Virus record (IMG/VR): IMGVR_UViG_3300021469_000002 | Coordinates: 1-64,000 of that record | Direction: 5' to 3' (one strand) | Length of the DNA: 64,000 nucleotides | Origin: a virus | In this document: positions 39,533 to 49,142 of the stretch, piece after piece | Position numbering within the stretch: the stretch's first letter is position 1 | How the letters are laid out: each line of letters opens with the position of its first letter | Made by a program: the position numbers and the translations under genes | The notes under the pieces: model-generated | Seen by the model: only the letters and a program-made list of their open reading frames with translations | What the model was told of the DNA's origin: nothing | Databases searched by the model: none

Positions 39533-39561
39533 TTTATAAATTCGACTTAAGTTCTAAATAA
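39533..39561 (+). promoter_or_regulatory. Putative late promoter (head operon)
   Basis: TTTATAAATTCGACTTAAGTTCTAAATAA, 28/29 identical to 53249-53277. Confidence 0.7.
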
Positions 39562-39564
39562 TTT

Positions 39565-40743
39565 ATGAGTGAAGATTTACAATCGATTTTTGAGCATCCA
39601 ATTGTACAACAATTAGCAGAAAAGGCGTGGAAGGATTTAGAATCAGAAGTAAAATTACCTTATATCTTAAAAGATAAAATTTTGATGTCTCCGGGCGTAT
39701 GGAACAATTTTTATTATAGTCCAGAAGTTATTAGAAAAATTTTTAAAAACACTAATTGGGACGATCCAAAAATTAGGGCTTTATTTTTAGATCACGTTGA
39801 CGATAGAGCAGCGGAATGGATTGGAGAAGTAATTAATCCAAGATTAGTAAATGGTAATGTTATAGGTGACTTGGCTATATTAGACAAGCCGACAGCAATT
39901 AAATTGGCTTATGGAGCTAAGTTTGGTGTTTCACCCAAAGTTATCGGAGAAGCTGATTACAATAAAAAAATGTATGACGGTCATTTTGAAAATTTTTCTG
40001 TTGTAATTAATCCTGCTGTTAAGACTACGTTTCTTAACAGCGAAATAAAAATAAAAAATAAAGGAGGAAAAATAATGCCAAAGACTAAAGAAGAACTTCA
40101 AGAAGAAGAGTCTGAGGCATCCGAAGAAGCAGAAGAACCAGCAGAAGAACAAGAAGAAAAACAAGAAGAAAAACAAGAAGAAAAACAAGAAGAAAAAGCC
40201 GAAGAGCTTGCAGAAAAACTTGCAGAAAAGGTTGCTGAAATTCTCAAGAAAAAGAAATATGCATATCCAGAGGAAATGAAAAAGAAAAAGAAATATGAAT
40301 ATCCAGAAGAAATGAAAGAAGAAATAGCAAAATTAAAAGCAGAGATAGAGGAACTAAAAAAGAAGAAGAAAAAATATCCATATGAACAAAAAGCAGAAGA
40401 AAAAAATGAATTAAAAGAAGCAGTAGAAACTCATCTATCTGCTTATACAGACTTTATCAAAAAATTCTTGAAGAAATATCCTAAAGCAACATTAAAAGAT
40501 GCAGCAAAAGCATGGGCTAAAGAGCATGGAGAATTAGAAGAAAAAACTTCAATAACTGTAGAAGACTTAAAAACAGAAATTGGCGAAATTGTAACGGCTA
40601 AAATGTCCGAGTTTGGTATTAAGCCAATAACAGTTGCAGCTAAATTCATTAATCCTCAGGCAGAAGGTTATGTTGAGGAAGCAGAAGAGCATGAGCTTGA
40701 CCAAGCAATGTTTGATATGATTAAACAGGGGGTGGAAAAATGA
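39565..40743 (+). CDS. Prohead protease-scaffold fusion (internal scaffold start at 40075)
   Basis: FLDH...IGEV...GVSP...NFSVVINPA protease-like region, then an E/K-rich coiled coil. AGGAGG precedes the in-frame ATG 40075. Confidence 0.75.
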   Translation: MSEDLQSIFEHPIVQQLAEKAWKDLESEVKLPYILKDKILMSPGVWNNFYYSPEVIRKIFKNTNWDDPKIRALFLDHVDDRAAEWIGEVINPRLVNGNVIGDLAILDKPTAIKLAYGAKFGVSPKVIGEADYNKKMYDGHFENFSVVINPAVKTTFLNSEIKIKNKGGKIMPKTKEELQEEESEASEEAEEPAEEQEEKQEEKQEEKQEEKAEELAEKLAEKVAEILKKKKYAYPEEMKKKKKYEYPEEMKEEIAKLKAEIEELKKKKKKYPYEQKAEEKNELKEAVETHLSAYTDFIKKFLKKYPKATLKDAAKAWAKEHGELEEKTSITVEDLKTEIGEIVTAKMSEFGIKPITVAAKFINPQAEGYVEEAEEHELDQAMFDMIKQGVEK

Positions 40744-41753
40744 GAACAATACAAGAATTAGCTGATACCACGACATCCCATAATACAGACCTTTTAGCAA
40801 AAAGATGGTTAGATAAAATAATAGATTCAGCAAGAAAAAAGATGTTCTTTTTGAGTATTGTTAGTCAATATGATGTGCCTCCAGGAACCAAAGACATAGT
40901 AATTCCATATAGAAAAGGTTATTGGAGCACTCTTGGAACTACAGTAACTGATACTACTACAGAAGGGACATCAGTAGTTTTCACAGCAATGAATAATTTG
41001 GAAGGTTTAACATTAACACCGTCGCCACATTCCTATGGTATAGCAATATCCAATCACGCAATTAGAACAACAGCAACCAATTTAATTCAGGCTGCAAGAG
41101 AAGAATTAAGTGATTACTGGGCAGATGTTGTTGATAAAGCCATAGCTGCAGCAATTAATGGAGCCCCCGTAGCAACTTCTTCAGCAAAGGGTGCTTCTGA
41201 ATTATTTGGCGGAGATGCAACCTCGACATCAACATTAGAAGCTGGGGATATTTTAACACCATCTCTTATAGTGAAGGCAAAAGCAAGATTACAAGGAACA
41301 AAAATGTATTACTGGTCCGGGGGATCTGAATCAGTTTCAAATGAATCTAAAACGCCTTGGTTCTCTGAACCTAATTCACCTTTTGTAATTTTCATAGGAC
41401 CAGAACAGGAATACGTTTTACTAACAGATAGTCAGTTTACTAATGCAGCCGAATATGGTGGTAATGAAATAGTTCTTAATGGGGAAATAGGAAAGTATCA
41501 AGGAGTTAAAGTAATAACATCAGTTAATACTACAGCAGCATCGAATTGGGGTTCAGGAGGAAATTTAGCAGGACACAACTGTTATGTGGTTAAAGCAGGA
41601 GTATGTGCAGCATTAGCTTGGGGACAAAGACCAAGACTTAGAGTATTCGAATATCCAAGTGAGTTAGAAACAAGATTAATACTTGAACAAGCATATGCAG
41701 TAGATTCGCTTCATAACGATGCCATTTGTCATATAAAGGTTTTAGATGAGTAG
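40740..41753 (+). CDS. Major capsid protein (HK97 fold, N4-gp56-like)
   Basis: Position and size; FTNAAEYG...LNGEIGKYQGVKVI motif. Confidence 0.85.
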   Translation: MRTIQELADTTTSHNTDLLAKRWLDKIIDSARKKMFFLSIVSQYDVPPGTKDIVIPYRKGYWSTLGTTVTDTTTEGTSVVFTAMNNLEGLTLTPSPHSYGIAISNHAIRTTATNLIQAAREELSDYWADVVDKAIAAAINGAPVATSSAKGASELFGGDATSTSTLEAGDILTPSLIVKAKARLQGTKMYYWSGGSESVSNESKTPWFSEPNSPFVIFIGPEQEYVLLTDSQFTNAAEYGGNEIVLNGEIGKYQGVKVITSVNTTAASNWGSGGNLAGHNCYVVKAGVCAALAWGQRPRLRVFEYPSELETRLILEQAYAVDSLHNDAICHIKVLDE

Positions 41754-41772
41754 GGATGCCGAAGACAAAAAT

Positions 41773-41893
41773 AGCCGTTAAGAGTATCTTTTGATACTCA
41801 TAACCTTCAATACAATGAAGGTTATGGCTTAATTGGGCTGCGTAAAGCGGTCTACTGGCATTCAGTTGATACTGAATGCTGGTATTCAATTAA
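41773..41893 (+). ncRNA. Multi-hairpin structured RNA element after the capsid gene
   Basis: Stems GAGTATC/GATACTC, ATAACCTTCA/TGAAGGTTAT, GGCTGC/GCGGTC and TACTGGCATTCAGT/ACTGAATGCTGGTA, closed by AGCCGT/ATGGCT and TTAATTG/CAATTAA. Confidence 0.6.
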
Positions 41894-41906
41894 GTGAGGT
41901 GTATAA

Positions 41907-42308
41907 ATGGGGAATAAATATTGGTATGGAAAACCAAGAACTATAGAAGTAGGAGTATCTGCGGTAAGTGCAGGTAGTACTACCGAAGTTCCGGTATTTG
42001 CTGCACCGTTTAGATGTAAAATAAAAAAAGCATCAATAATACCTAAATCAGCTATTACTGGAGCACAAACAAATAATATGACATTAGGTTTCTATAACAG
42101 GGGAACAGATGGATCATCAACATCAAATATAGCTTATGTAACATTCGATACTGGAGTAAATGCAAGTGCTTATGTAGAAAAAAATCTGGGAGCTATATCA
42201 AATGGAGTATTACCTTTGGCTACAGTAGTTACATTTTACAAAGATGAAAGCGGAAGTGGCATGGATATGCCAGACTTAATAGCAAAGTTGGAAGTGGTAC
42301 GTATTTAA
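41907..42308 (+). CDS. Virion structural (head decoration/minor capsid) protein
   Basis: Beta-rich protein with many small residues, directly after the capsid gene. Confidence 0.5.
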   Translation: MGNKYWYGKPRTIEVGVSAVSAGSTTEVPVFAAPFRCKIKKASIIPKSAITGAQTNNMTLGFYNRGTDGSSTSNIAYVTFDTGVNASAYVEKNLGAISNGVLPLATVVTFYKDESGSGMDMPDLIAKLEVVRI

Positions 42309-42318
42309 AGGTGATTAA

Positions 42319-42679
42319 ATGGGGGCTTATGGTTTTAGTAATGCACCTGTTCCTAGACATGCTCCTAAACCAAAGAAATACACTAAAGCAGAATTAAAGG
42401 CGATGAATAAAAGTCAACAAATTAGTTTATTACGAAGTCTAGGATTCAGAGGAAGAATACCAAGATACGAAAAAGATAGAATTGATAAAATACTTGAGTT
42501 GATGTAATATGGCTGTAACAAAAACAGAATATGGAAACTGGTATACTTTAGAAGGTACACTAGCTGAAGTAATGGCAGAATTAAAGGGAAAATCTCCAGA
42601 CGAAGTAATTTCAGTTGTTCACGATGGAGCCGATTATACTGTGATATGTGTTCATAGAACTCCGAAATATAAAAGTTAA
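42319..42679 (+). CDS. Two small genes (42319-42507 SAP/HeH-like; 42509-42679)
   Basis: ELKAMNKSQQISLLRSLG...EKDRIDKILE helix-extension-helix pattern. Confidence 0.5.
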
Positions 42680-42742
42680 TTTAAATGGGAATTGTATTCC
42701 CCAAATTAATAATTTATGGTTATAATTTATGGAGGAGAAAAA

Positions 42743-43270
42743 ATGCAAGAAGATGTAGCAATGAATGACCGAATAATAAAAAAAACGGGTAAAAGTTTAT
42801 CGGGTGAAAGCGTTAAGCTTAAAGGATGGTTTCAGTTAGATCATATAAGAAATGGACAAATTATAGATACAAGAATCGTACCCAATGTGATAACAAATGC
42901 AGGATTAGCAGAAGTGGCTGGCTTATTAGTTGATGATGTTGGTGGAACATCGTTTGATTATATAGCAATAGGTACGGGAACAACTGCTGCAGATTCAACT
43001 GATACTGAATTAGAACATGAGATAACAAGTGGTGGAGGAGAAAGAAGAGGCGGTGCAGATGTAACAGGTTCAAGAGTTACAACAACTGTAACAAACGATA
43101 CTGCACAATGGGTAACAACTTTTACATTCACAGCATCGTTTGCAGTAACAGAAAGTGGGGTATTTAATGCTCCATCTGGTGGAACAATGCTTTGTAGACA
43201 AACATTTTCGGCAATTAATGTTGCATCCGGTGATTCGTTGCAAATTACTTGGAAAGTTCAGGCTAGTTAA
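42743..43270 (+). CDS. Virion structural protein (fibre/collar attachment type)
   Basis: NVITNAG, YIAIGTG, TESGVFN..SGGTML.R..F..IN...GDSLQITW. Confidence 0.65.
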   Translation: MQEDVAMNDRIIKKTGKSLSGESVKLKGWFQLDHIRNGQIIDTRIVPNVITNAGLAEVAGLLVDDVGGTSFDYIAIGTGTTAADSTDTELEHEITSGGGERRGGADVTGSRVTTTVTNDTAQWVTTFTFTASFAVTESGVFNAPSGGTMLCRQTFSAINVASGDSLQITWKVQAS

Positions 43271-43302
43271 ACTAAATTAAGCCAATGCAATGGCGATAAG
43301 CA

Positions 43303-43596
43303 ATGCAATGCGAGGTATATTTTAAAAACGGAATTAGGCTTGTTTCTTCAAACGAGTTAGTTAAATCTGTTTATAATAACCCAGACATAGAAAAAGTTGT
43401 TCTTACTCGTGATGGTCATAAATTTACTGTTAAGTTATCCCCTCCACTTAGATTAATTTTTTGGAGAGATATAAAAGTAAGCTCTCCTAAAGAAGTTATA
43501 TATAATATAGGATTTCAACGAACAGTTAGAGGAAAAAACGTCAAAACAATAATGAAAATTTTGCCAAATAACGAAATTATTTTGGAGGGTAAGTAG
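43303..43596 (+). CDS. Hypothetical protein
   Basis: ORF within the structural operon. Confidence 0.5.
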   Translation: MQCEVYFKNGIRLVSSNELVKSVYNNPDIEKVVLTRDGHKFTVKLSPPLRLIFWRDIKVSSPKEVIYNIGFQRTVRGKNVKTIMKILPNNEIILEGK

Positions 43597-43598
43597 TC

Positions 43599-46500
43599 AT
43601 GAAAAAGAACAAAAGGATATATTGGGAAAGCGTGAAGAAGTGGGCAATATCAGTAGGACTGGGAAGCGTTCCTCTCGTGATAGTTCTGTTTATCTATTTG
43701 TCTTATGCCAACATCATCACGATTCACGATTACAATTGGAGTAGAGTTTGTGGCGGAACGGTAGACGACCCTTGCTGGGCGACAGTTACCTTTACCGCCA
43801 ATTCGGATTTCTACTTGTATCCGCTTGGTTACGACCCTTACGGTAGAAATACGCCTTTCAACTTTTCCAAGGCGGTTAAGGATTGGAAATTGTATAGGAA
43901 ATGGGGAGACGGTTGGCGAGAAATAGACCTGAATGAAGGTTGCACGGGAAGGTGGTGCGGTTGTTATTGGTGCAAAGGAGGGAAAACGGCTAAATATTCT
44001 TATGCTTTCAGGTCGGGGAAAAATTATACAATCAAGATTGTAGCTTATAAAAAAGATGCTTTCGAAGATGTCAAATGGAGTTTTGGCTTCCCGAAAGATA
44101 ATCGGACATATATAGACCCTGTTTGGCGGAGAGCGGGAGAATACAGGCTAACCGAAATCGCTGGCAGGAAGTATACTCCGCAGTGCTTGTCTGATTGCCA
44201 TTTGCCCATCGAACTTAAATTCTATAAAGATTACAAATTTGACAAACTCGATATGCTGATTAGAAAGGGATCGAGTGAGTTTGCCGACTGGGGAATTGAC
44301 TATTTAGTAATTGAAAACTACACTGTGACGATAAGTAATTGCACATATAAATGTAGAAATATCACATTCGCAAACGGAACGATTGGGCAGGATTGTAAAG
44401 CGATTTGTAACCCTTACAACACTGCTAAACAAAGATACATATGGAAACCACTCAAAACACTTAATGTAAAAGCAAACAAACCTATTATAATAGATTTGTG
44501 GGGAAGAAGAAAGGCAAAATTAGGCAATATTGTGGTAGATGTTGTGCCGAAGTTAGCGGATTTCGAGTTGGCAAAATTGAGTTGGTGGAATTCCTCTTGG
44601 GAACGAAAAAGACCAATAAACCTGTCTGTATCCAGCGGAAGCACACCAAAAGGTTATCAAGTAAAACTAAATATAACCTACGATTCCGATATGCAAACAG
44701 ATTTTGACGATTTGAGATTCGTGAACGGTTCTGAAAACACAGAACTGCCTTACTGGGTTGAAGAAAAATCCAATGGTGAATGGGCTGTAGTATGGGTTAA
44801 AGTAGACCAGAACATAACGACAGACAATTATACAATCTATATGTATTACGGCAATCCTTCGGCAACTTCAGAAAGCAATGGCTCAGCAGTTTTTGAATTT
44901 TTCGATGATTTTAGCGGAGATTTAAGCCAGTGGGAACAAGTAGGTGCTGGCACGGCAAGTATTGTAGAGGATGCAGATGCCTATAATGGTGATGCATGTA
45001 AAATATCACCCGGCACCGGCGAAAGAACTTTGTGGATATCTACGACTTTCGATGGAAACTATGCTGTTGAAACAAGAATGAAAGGCAACAAATACTTCCG
45101 TGTTTTCATGAGGGGACAAGATAAAACTGCCTTGAGAGAGGCTATTGCTGATTTCCACAGCACGAACGATATTACAAATATGATATACGATTATATAGAT
45201 GGTGTGTCTATTGCAATAGGAGGAACCGGTGATAAAGACTGGACAGTATATCATCGTGAATCTATGAGAGCACAGGGATTAAATTATTATTGGTATTTGG
45301 ATGGAGAGCTTTATATTAGCGGGACTGATTCTGGAGCCTCCCAGCCAACTTCAGGTTATATAGGTATAAATTCGCAGCAAAACGATGCTTTTTTTGATTT
45401 TGTTGCTATCCGCAAATACACTTCTCCAGAACCATCATATTCGATAGGCGGGGAAGAATCGATTGCACCAATCATTATTATAAACTCACCACAAAACACC
45501 ACTTACATAGATATAGGCGCTACTATATCTATTCCAATTAACTTCACTGTTTACGGCAATATTTCTACTTACCAAGTTAAAGTATACGCAAACGGGTCAG
45601 AAATTTATTCAAATGATAACTATGCAAATAACACGAACACGCAAATTGAACGCGATTGGTATGAAGGTAACCAGAATGTTACAATATGGGCAAATTCTTC
45701 AGAGGGTGTTGAATCAACGAAAACAGTGCTGTTTACTACAAGATTGTGTTCAGCATCGTCTGATTGGCTTAACAACAGTTTTGCTAAAAGAAAAGGTATT
45801 TGTATTTTAGAACAGTCTAGTAATAACTTAACGAATTACTCAATTGCTATTAATATATCTTACGATTCCGATATGCAAACAGATTTTGATGACTTGAGAT
45901 TTAGTTGGTATAATGAGTCATTTGGAAGCGAAATAGAAACACGTTATTGGGTTGAAGAAAAATCTGATGGTGAATGGGCAGTAGTATGGATTAAAATTCC
46001 TTCTATTCCAGCAGATTCATTACAAACAATTTACATGTATTATGGAAACCCGAATGCAACCTCAGAAAGCAACGGCTCAGCGGTTTTCGATTTCTTCGAT
46101 GACTTCGAAGATGGAGATTATAGTGATAAATGGACTTTAATAACTGGAACAGCATCGGAAACAAATGGATATTTAGAGGTTAGTTCCACCTCTTCAATTG
46201 AGGGTTTAATTGAAGAAAATGTAACGCAGTTTTCAGATACAAACGGCTTTGTTGTTGAAGGCAAAATTATGCAAGTTACCACAAACGATTTAGGCGAGAT
46301 TCTCTTTCACGGCGATTTAACAAAAGACAATTACTATATATTTGTAGTGGGTTATAATGATAAATTAATAATTGATAAACAGGTAGGAGGCTCGGGAACT
46401 AGTTTAGCTCAAGTTTCACAAGTTATTAATGAAAATGTATGGTATGATTTCAGAGTTACAAGAAAACCAGATGGAACTATTATCGGCGAAATTATCGGAG

Positions 46501-49133
46501 TAAATTCTGTGTCTGCTACCGACACAAGTTTGACAAGCGGATATGTGGGAGTTAGGGTAGGCGGAAAGTTTTCAGACACTTGCAGAGTGGATAATTACCG
46601 AGTCCGCAAATACGCAGAACCAGAACCAACATATTCGATAGGAGAGGAAGAAACATCATTATCTACTTGTTCGAATATAACTTCTTCAGGAATATATTAT
46701 TTAACTGTTAATATAATAAATTCATCGACTTCTTATTGTATGAATATTTCTGCTAATGATGTAACTTTAGATTGTCAAGGGAATACAATAGATGGAATAG
46801 ATAATTCTGACACATATGGCGTTTATGCTTCACGCTCAGGTTGGCAAGTAGCAAACATAACAATTAAAAATTGTATTATAACAGATTGGGATGAAGGAAT
46901 ACATCTTGCTTATACAAGCGAAGTTGATATTTTGAATAATACAATTTCATCAACTATAAGTTATGGAATATATTTATATTATACTGGTTATGAGGGCCCA
47001 GGAAATATTAAAATATCAGATAATGTCATATCAGATACAGGAAATGATGGTATGAATCTGTATCCATATTTTACTTATTCGAATATTACAAATAACACTA
47101 TTTTATCTGCGGGACAAGACGGTATAACAATATTTACCGGGGGTGATTATAATATTATAGAAAATAATACAATTGAAAATGCTGTAGCAAATGGGATTTG
47201 CTTCGGCGGTAGTGATAATAATACAGTAAGAAACAACATTATTCGTGGTTGTAATTATTCAATCAGATTAGTAAACAACCCCCAAGATAATTTTATTTAT
47301 AATAATCTATTTAATAACTCTGGAGATATTAGTTATGTTGCGATATATGGAAATAATTGGAATACAACATATCAATCTGGAACAAATATTTGGAATGATA
47401 GTTTAGGTTATATTTGGGGAAATGCTTGGTTCAAACCTGATGGAACTGGATTTAGCGAGGTTGAATGTAATGATATTAATCCGGTAGATGGTTTTTGTGA
47501 TAGTCCTTATGAATTAGCACCAGATAATATAGATTACCACCCAATAGCAAAAGAGTATGGAATGGTAGCAGACATAGATCCACCAACATTCTCAAATTGG
47601 CAACAAGACCCGTTAGACATAAATTCAAGCACTATAGGGAAATTGTATGTAAATGTTACCATAACAGACGAATCTGGTGTTAATGCATCGAGTGTTAGAT
47701 TTTATCATTGGATAAACGATTCGCAATACCCGAACCAACCGTGGAAGTTTATAAATGGAACTGCACAGGAATTTGTTCACGAGCATACTATGACCAACAT
47801 CACGGATGTATTTAACATAACCCTTCATACATACGCATACAATCCATCTGTTTTTAATGTAGACCCAGAAACAATGGCTTCAGCAACAAAATATAACTAT
47901 TCGTTGGACTCAAATAATAAAGCACTAAAGGTTAGATTCTATAACATATCAACACATCCAAATACAACTTATATTTTGAAAGCAAGACTGCATAAAATCA
48001 CAGGAGATTTAATAGTTTATTATTGTAACAGTTCTTACACAAACGGCAAAATATATAACTCTGATTATTGTGTGCCATTAACTACATTAATATCTCAAGA
48101 TGAAACGCATTACTACCAAAATATTTACTTTTACGGAGATGAAAATTCATATTTGGATGCAGTTCAAATATCAGAAACAGGATTCATAGTATTTTATCCT
48201 GTAATTGGTTCGGATTGGGAAGTTGAATATGCAAACATAGATTCAAACTCTGTGGAGACAACAACAAGTGGAGGAACATCATGGACTAATCAAGATTTCA
48301 CTCCAGATGTCTGGCTTATACAAATTAATGGAAATGGATTGACAACATTTAGTTATAAAGTTTATGCCTGTGATATGTTGGAAAACTGTGGCAATTCAAG
48401 TGTTCAAGAAGATTCATATGCAATAGCAAACTTGCCACCATCACCAGCACCAAAAATAATAATACCTGGAAATGACACATACAGCGGAGTGTTTAACATA
48501 ACCTGGGAACCATCCAAAGACCCCAATAGTGACCCGTTCAACTATTCACTTTACCTTTACTACGCAAACGGGACTTTGGCAGATGTTTTAGCAGACAACA
48601 ACATACCTGAAGGAACAGAATATTACACTTTCGATTCGACAAACTATCCGAGTGGTCAATATTATTTAATAGCAAACGCAACTGATGATGCTGGTAATAC
48701 GAATTTTTATATACTGCCGTATTATTTTACAATTGGTGCACCCGATATGAATATAACATTTGGCCCACCCCAAACCTCAATTTTCAGATGGGCAGTTAAT
48801 GATTCTGGATATGGTTGTGGTCCGGACTATACATCTTATTGGGTTGAGCCAAGAAATCAAACTGATGTTTATGGCATATTTTGGATTTGTAATAATGGAA
48901 CAATTTCAGGAGGTGTTCAAGCAAAATTATCTGGAACGCCGAATACTGGTTGGAGTATAATGTTCACTAAAGATAATTCATCTGCTATTGCTGATGCTAT
49001 TGCTATGACTACAAATTATCAAACAATTTATTCAAATTTAGGTGTTAATGAATGTATTTATACATGGGGGTATGCAAATTGTACTCAGGTTTCTGCAAAC
49101 CCAGGAGTAAATATAGAATTTGATATAATTTAG
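43599..49133 (+). CDS. 1844-aa membrane-anchored adhesin-like protein (2x DUF2341 + lectin-like, NosD-type beta-helix, Ig/FN3-like)
   Basis: Basic N-terminus plus hydrophobic helix; two WW/WL..RKxI...DFDDLRF...YWVE...VWVK...IYMYYGNP repeats; parallel beta-helix repeats; many N-x-S/T sequons. Confidence 0.8.
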   Translation: MKKNKRIYWESVKKWAISVGLGSVPLVIVLFIYLSYANIITIHDYNWSRVCGGTVDDPCWATVTFTANSDFYLYPLGYDPYGRNTPFNFSKAVKDWKLYRKWGDGWREIDLNEGCTGRWCGCYWCKGGKTAKYSYAFRSGKNYTIKIVAYKKDAFEDVKWSFGFPKDNRTYIDPVWRRAGEYRLTEIAGRKYTPQCLSDCHLPIELKFYKDYKFDKLDMLIRKGSSEFADWGIDYLVIENYTVTISNCTYKCRNITFANGTIGQDCKAICNPYNTAKQRYIWKPLKTLNVKANKPIIIDLWGRRKAKLGNIVVDVVPKLADFELAKLSWWNSSWERKRPINLSVSSGSTPKGYQVKLNITYDSDMQTDFDDLRFVNGSENTELPYWVEEKSNGEWAVVWVKVDQNITTDNYTIYMYYGNPSATSESNGSAVFEFFDDFSGDLSQWEQVGAGTASIVEDADAYNGDACKISPGTGERTLWISTTFDGNYAVETRMKGNKYFRVFMRGQDKTALREAIADFHSTNDITNMIYDYIDGVSIAIGGTGDKDWTVYHRESMRAQGLNYYWYLDGELYISGTDSGASQPTSGYIGINSQQNDAFFDFVAIRKYTSPEPSYSIGGEESIAPIIIINSPQNTTYIDIGATISIPINFTVYGNISTYQVKVYANGSEIYSNDNYANNTNTQIERDWYEGNQNVTIWANSSEGVESTKTVLFTTRLCSASSDWLNNSFAKRKGICILEQSSNNLTNYSIAINISYDSDMQTDFDDLRFSWYNESFGSEIETRYWVEEKSDGEWAVVWIKIPSIPADSLQTIYMYYGNPNATSESNGSAVFDFFDDFEDGDYSDKWTLITGTASETNGYLEVSSTSSIEGLIEENVTQFSDTNGFVVEGKIMQVTTNDLGEILFHGDLTKDNYYIFVVGYNDKLIIDKQVGGSGTSLAQVSQVINENVWYDFRVTRKPDGTIIGEIIGVNSVSATDTSLTSGYVGVRVGGKFSDTCRVDNYRVRKYAEPEPTYSIGEEETSLSTCSNITSSGIYYLTVNIINSSTSYCMNISANDVTLDCQGNTIDGIDNSDTYGVYASRSGWQVANITIKNCIITDWDEGIHLAYTSEVDILNNTISSTISYGIYLYYTGYEGPGNIKISDNVISDTGNDGMNLYPYFTYSNITNNTILSAGQDGITIFTGGDYNIIENNTIENAVANGICFGGSDNNTVRNNIIRGCNYSIRLVNNPQDNFIYNNLFNNSGDISYVAIYGNNWNTTYQSGTNIWNDSLGYIWGNAWFKPDGTGFSEVECNDINPVDGFCDSPYELAPDNIDYHPIAKEYGMVADIDPPTFSNWQQDPLDINSSTIGKLYVNVTITDESGVNASSVRFYHWINDSQYPNQPWKFINGTAQEFVHEHTMTNITDVFNITLHTYAYNPSVFNVDPETMASATKYNYSLDSNNKALKVRFYNISTHPNTTYILKARLHKITGDLIVYYCNSSYTNGKIYNSDYCVPLTTLISQDETHYYQNIYFYGDENSYLDAVQISETGFIVFYPVIGSDWEVEYANIDSNSVETTTSGGTSWTNQDFTPDVWLIQINGNGLTTFSYKVYACDMLENCGNSSVQEDSYAIANLPPSPAPKIIIPGNDTYSGVFNITWEPSKDPNSDPFNYSLYLYYANGTLADVLADNNIPEGTEYYTFDSTNYPSGQYYLIANATDDAGNTNFYILPYYFTIGAPDMNITFGPPQTSIFRWAVNDSGYGCGPDYTSYWVEPRNQTDVYGIFWICNNGTISGGVQAKLSGTPNTGWSIMFTKDNSSAIADAIAMTTNYQTIYSNLGVNECIYTWGYANCTQVSANPGVNIEFDII

Positions 49134-49142
49134 GTGAAAAAT

